Part shown: piece after piece, positions 60,855-64,000 of the stretch
Numbering within the stretch: position 1 is the first letter of the stretch
How the letters are laid out: every line of letters starts with the position of its first letter
Assembly (NCBI GenBank): GCA_010093815.1
Contig: ML996567.1
DNA: 64,000 nucleotides
Source of the DNA: Pseudovirgaria hyperparasitica
Lineage: Eukaryota
Reading direction: 5' to 3' (one strand)
The notes under the pieces: model-generated
Told to the model about the DNA's origin: nothing
The model's input: only the letters and a program-made list of their open reading frames with translations
Database searches by the model: none
Program-made: the position numbers and the translations under genes

Positions 60855-61466
60855 GTTTCAAAGGTGGCGAAGATGGCGCTGAGAAGTGTGAATTTAGAGC
60901 GCCGATCAGAGAGGACTGCGCAAAGTGAAACAGATAGATAATGAGGGGCTGGGAGGAAGATGATAGTGACTACGAGTATGGAGGTTGAATTAACTGTATA
61001 GTGGCTGGATGGCACTAGCGCGAAACTGCGGCGACGTGCCTAGGTGTGGCGTCGACACTTATTACTCAAGCCACATCGCACTTTCGCCGATACTTCTGCA
61101 GAACATGCTGAAGTGTACGCCGAGTCATAGTCACATATACCTCCTGCGAGTAAGTCGCATATATTCAGGCCTCTACAATACAAGACGATACATTATTACA
61201 TGCCTAACCGAAATCATTGACCGCTCTCAAATGCTAATTTCAATCCGCCTGTCCATGCTCCCGCGAGATGCAACCTCACCAAACTTTTTACGTCTCCATT
61301 CCTGGATTCACGGCGCAGGTATCGGAACGATGTTATGTACTCCAAATCCGAAAAGGGTGTCTCCAGGAAAATATGAAGAATTCCACAAACGCCAGACCGC
61401 TTGCTATGCAACAAAAGGGGATGTACGGCATTAATGGTGGGAGCAAAGTTTGATGCTCCGTGTGGA

Positions 61467-63622
61467 TCAGGAATCCAAATGCCCATTGAAAGAGGAGGTA
61501 TCGTAATTGACCGGTTTGCGTAGAAGTTGTAAACCGCTTTGGGCGTGAGTGTTTGCAGATAAACCTTCCTCGAGTAAAAGATTTGGCCAAAGAGGATGGC
61601 CTTTTGGTGTTGTGTCATGAGTTTGAAAGCCCCGAGCAAGCTTTTTGCGTCTATTTTCTCTTTCTTCGATAACACTGAGGCCTATATCAAAAAGACGGCC
61701 TTGACTGAAACGATCCTCCAGGCGGCTCTCTTCGAAAAGTCTCTTGAGTGATTCGAATGGCAATGAAATCAGGATACTCGAGATCAGATTGACGCAGAAT
61801 AAATCCGGCGGGAGCTCACCAAAACGGATCTGACTGAGACGCGGGTGGTGCTTGTTGGGTCTAGAATCTCCCAGAGGAGGCAGTCGAGGTGACGCCGCTA
61901 ACTGAGGAGCGGCTGTGTTGAGCTTGAAGTCTGATGGTATGTTTTGCGCGATAAAGTCGAGCACCGAGACTAGCAAAGATGACTTCTGGCCCTCAAAAGA
62001 TGTATTCGGTTGGATACCCGGGACCGGTGCAAATAAAGTCGGATTTGATACGAAATCTAGAATCTTCTCGATAGTGTCCCATCTGAGCAGCCTCGCGACC
62101 AATGTGAAGCCATCGCGCACTACTTCGGGGATACAAAAGGCTTCGCCAGCCACGAGGTATGCCAGAGCGTGTTCGACACGTCCAGAAGCCACGGCTAGTG
62201 TGCTTCCATCCGCGTTGAACGGTGGAAGCGGCTCAGTCTCAACAGTGGTCAGCAATGGACCTCCGTAAAGAACTCGTAAAGCGTCTAGGTAGCTATGCCA
62301 AATGAAATGCTGTGACGGAACTTGTAGCTTAGCAACTCTGGTACCTTCCAGTGGTCTCATGCTTTGCGAGATTATGTTTCGAAGAACAGGACTCCTGGCA
62401 AGTAACACACCATGGGCCGGAATGCAAAAAGTTTGCATGTTGGGATCAGGTGAAACCTCCAAGATACAATCAGCAAGGGCTTGATTCCCAAAATTCTCAC
62501 TTAGCCAATCACGTAGACTGTAGAGTGGTGCCATCTCTGAGCTAGAGATTGGGTCCATGCCGTTTACACGAGCGCCATTCTGGGTAGGCGCGCGTGTGTC
62601 TGATCTCTTCGTGTCTTGATCTTGATTGCGTGAGGAGCCCTGCGATGGTGACCGTGAGTCCTGGAAATTGCCATTCGGCGGGCCGTATGGTGGACGGGGG
62701 TAATAGAAGTCTTGGGGCCTTGCGCCATACGGTAGACCTTCAGATGGATACCAAGGAGGCTGCTGCCTTCCCAAAGGCTGGTCCCTTCTGTACCCAGCCC
62801 CATTGTGAGGTAGACCCATGATCGGGTACATAGAACCAGCGTGGGGATCCGAAAGATGGTGTGAATGGGCAGGGTAGAAGGGCGGTGGACCATAAGTAGG
62901 AGGCATGTACCCAGGTGGTGCTTGAGGCATTTGGAATGGCATCATACCTGGAGGTGGAGCCGGGGAGGTATTGGATGAATCGGCATAGCCACCAAAGATG
63001 ATCCGGCTTGGGCTCGGACGCGGATGGTGCATAGTAACATTGTTTGATGGCAGGTTCTGAAAAGGGACAGAAGATGTCGTGGAGGTGGGCGTGGGCGTGG
63101 AGCGGTCTTCAGACGGGTAAAAGGGAGGGGGGAGCTCGTTGGCCACACGACTAGATACGGTGGAAGACTTTCTCGTGTGTTGGGATACAGACTGCACACC
63201 GTCCTGTTGTTCTGCTACCTCCGCAGGCACGATCTCTTCGACTGACGACACATGGTCAGTATTTGTACAACGGGGTCACACCTGTCGCGACACGCGAGAC
63301 GAAACTCACGAGGCAGAACTTCATTCGATTTTTCTGAATTGGCGACTGGTTCTATTGTATGAGCTTCAATTTGATCTTCGACGCTTTCGTCACTCTTGAT
63401 CAGTGCCTGTTCTTGTGCTGGCGCATGGTTTGTGTCTCCGTTTTCAGGAGAGCGAGCAGATATTGTATTTGTAACATCGGGGGGGGAAGCATTCGACTTG
63501 GGAGGCACAGAAGGTTTTGAGTATGCCAGAGGAACAGCGGGTACAATTCGAGCTATACGAGGGGCAGCTTTTCTATTGCTGGTTCGTACTGGACGAGCGG
63601 TGTCGGCAATGGGTGGAGTCAT
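61467..63622 (-). CDS. Conserved-type fungal protein: Pro-rich N-half plus BTB/POZ-like domain; exons 63622-63310, 63241-61467
   Basis: RIVPAVPL N-terminal motif; FGNQALADCILEV...IPAHGVLLARSPVLR...ALRVLYG BTB-like segment; the intron GTGAGT..CAG keeps frame. Confidence 0.8.
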
Positions 63623-64000
63623 GTTGACAGGACGGACCGAGGTATACACAATGGTGAGGCAGCGTCTCCAAGATAAATGAGCTAGACAGTAATCTGGCCA
63701 CTACCTTGGAGCGCCCGTGAAAGAAGATGGAGGTGCGTAATGGAGGAGAGAAGAAGAGAATGTGAAGGTTGTAGTGGAAGGAGACGCGGATGATGAATTG
63801 GAAGCTTCAACAAGAACTTTGGCACTAAGATCGAATGTGGGGGAAGCTGAAGCGACACACTAGATGACGCACGGCCCTCTATCTTGGAATTCCAGGTTGG
63901 ATGTGTTTCTAGTTCTGCCTCAGGCCGCTAGGTCCTTGTTTTCTTCTCCATCCCACACCACTGACTTGTTTTTCGGCTTGAGACATTGATGTGATATCTC

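Overview
Eukaryotic DNA from a filamentous ascomycete (Pezizomycotina, most consistent with a Dothideomycete): short GT-AG introns with CTRAC/CTAAT branch points. No rRNA, tRNA, CRISPR array or intact transposon is visible. The window has two halves. The left ~26 kb is gene-sparse and rich in microsatellites, and carries a Pah1-type homeobox gene, eIF4G, an F-box gene and choline oxidase. The right ~38 kb is gene-dense: RPT6, a PA-TM-RING ligase, VNX1, ARP8, an MFS / Zn2Cys6 / MFS / SDR module, a fasciclin, an unknown membrane-anchored coiled-coil protein, COA4, a BAS2-like Cys-rich secreted protein, a single-pass surface protein, RER1 and a BTB-like protein. Exon structures were rebuilt by hand from splice signals and frame continuity. 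The most interesting signals cluster at eIF4G: a stop-free in-frame 204-nt intron, a cryptic terminal exon that would add a hydrophobic tail, a long AUG-free leader with weak start context, and a phased GCCAA array. Other highlights are a 1-nt frameshift inside the SDR catalytic motif, a uORF/intron-rich homeobox leader and several decayed-gene candidates. All functional interpretations are hypotheses; no database search was run.
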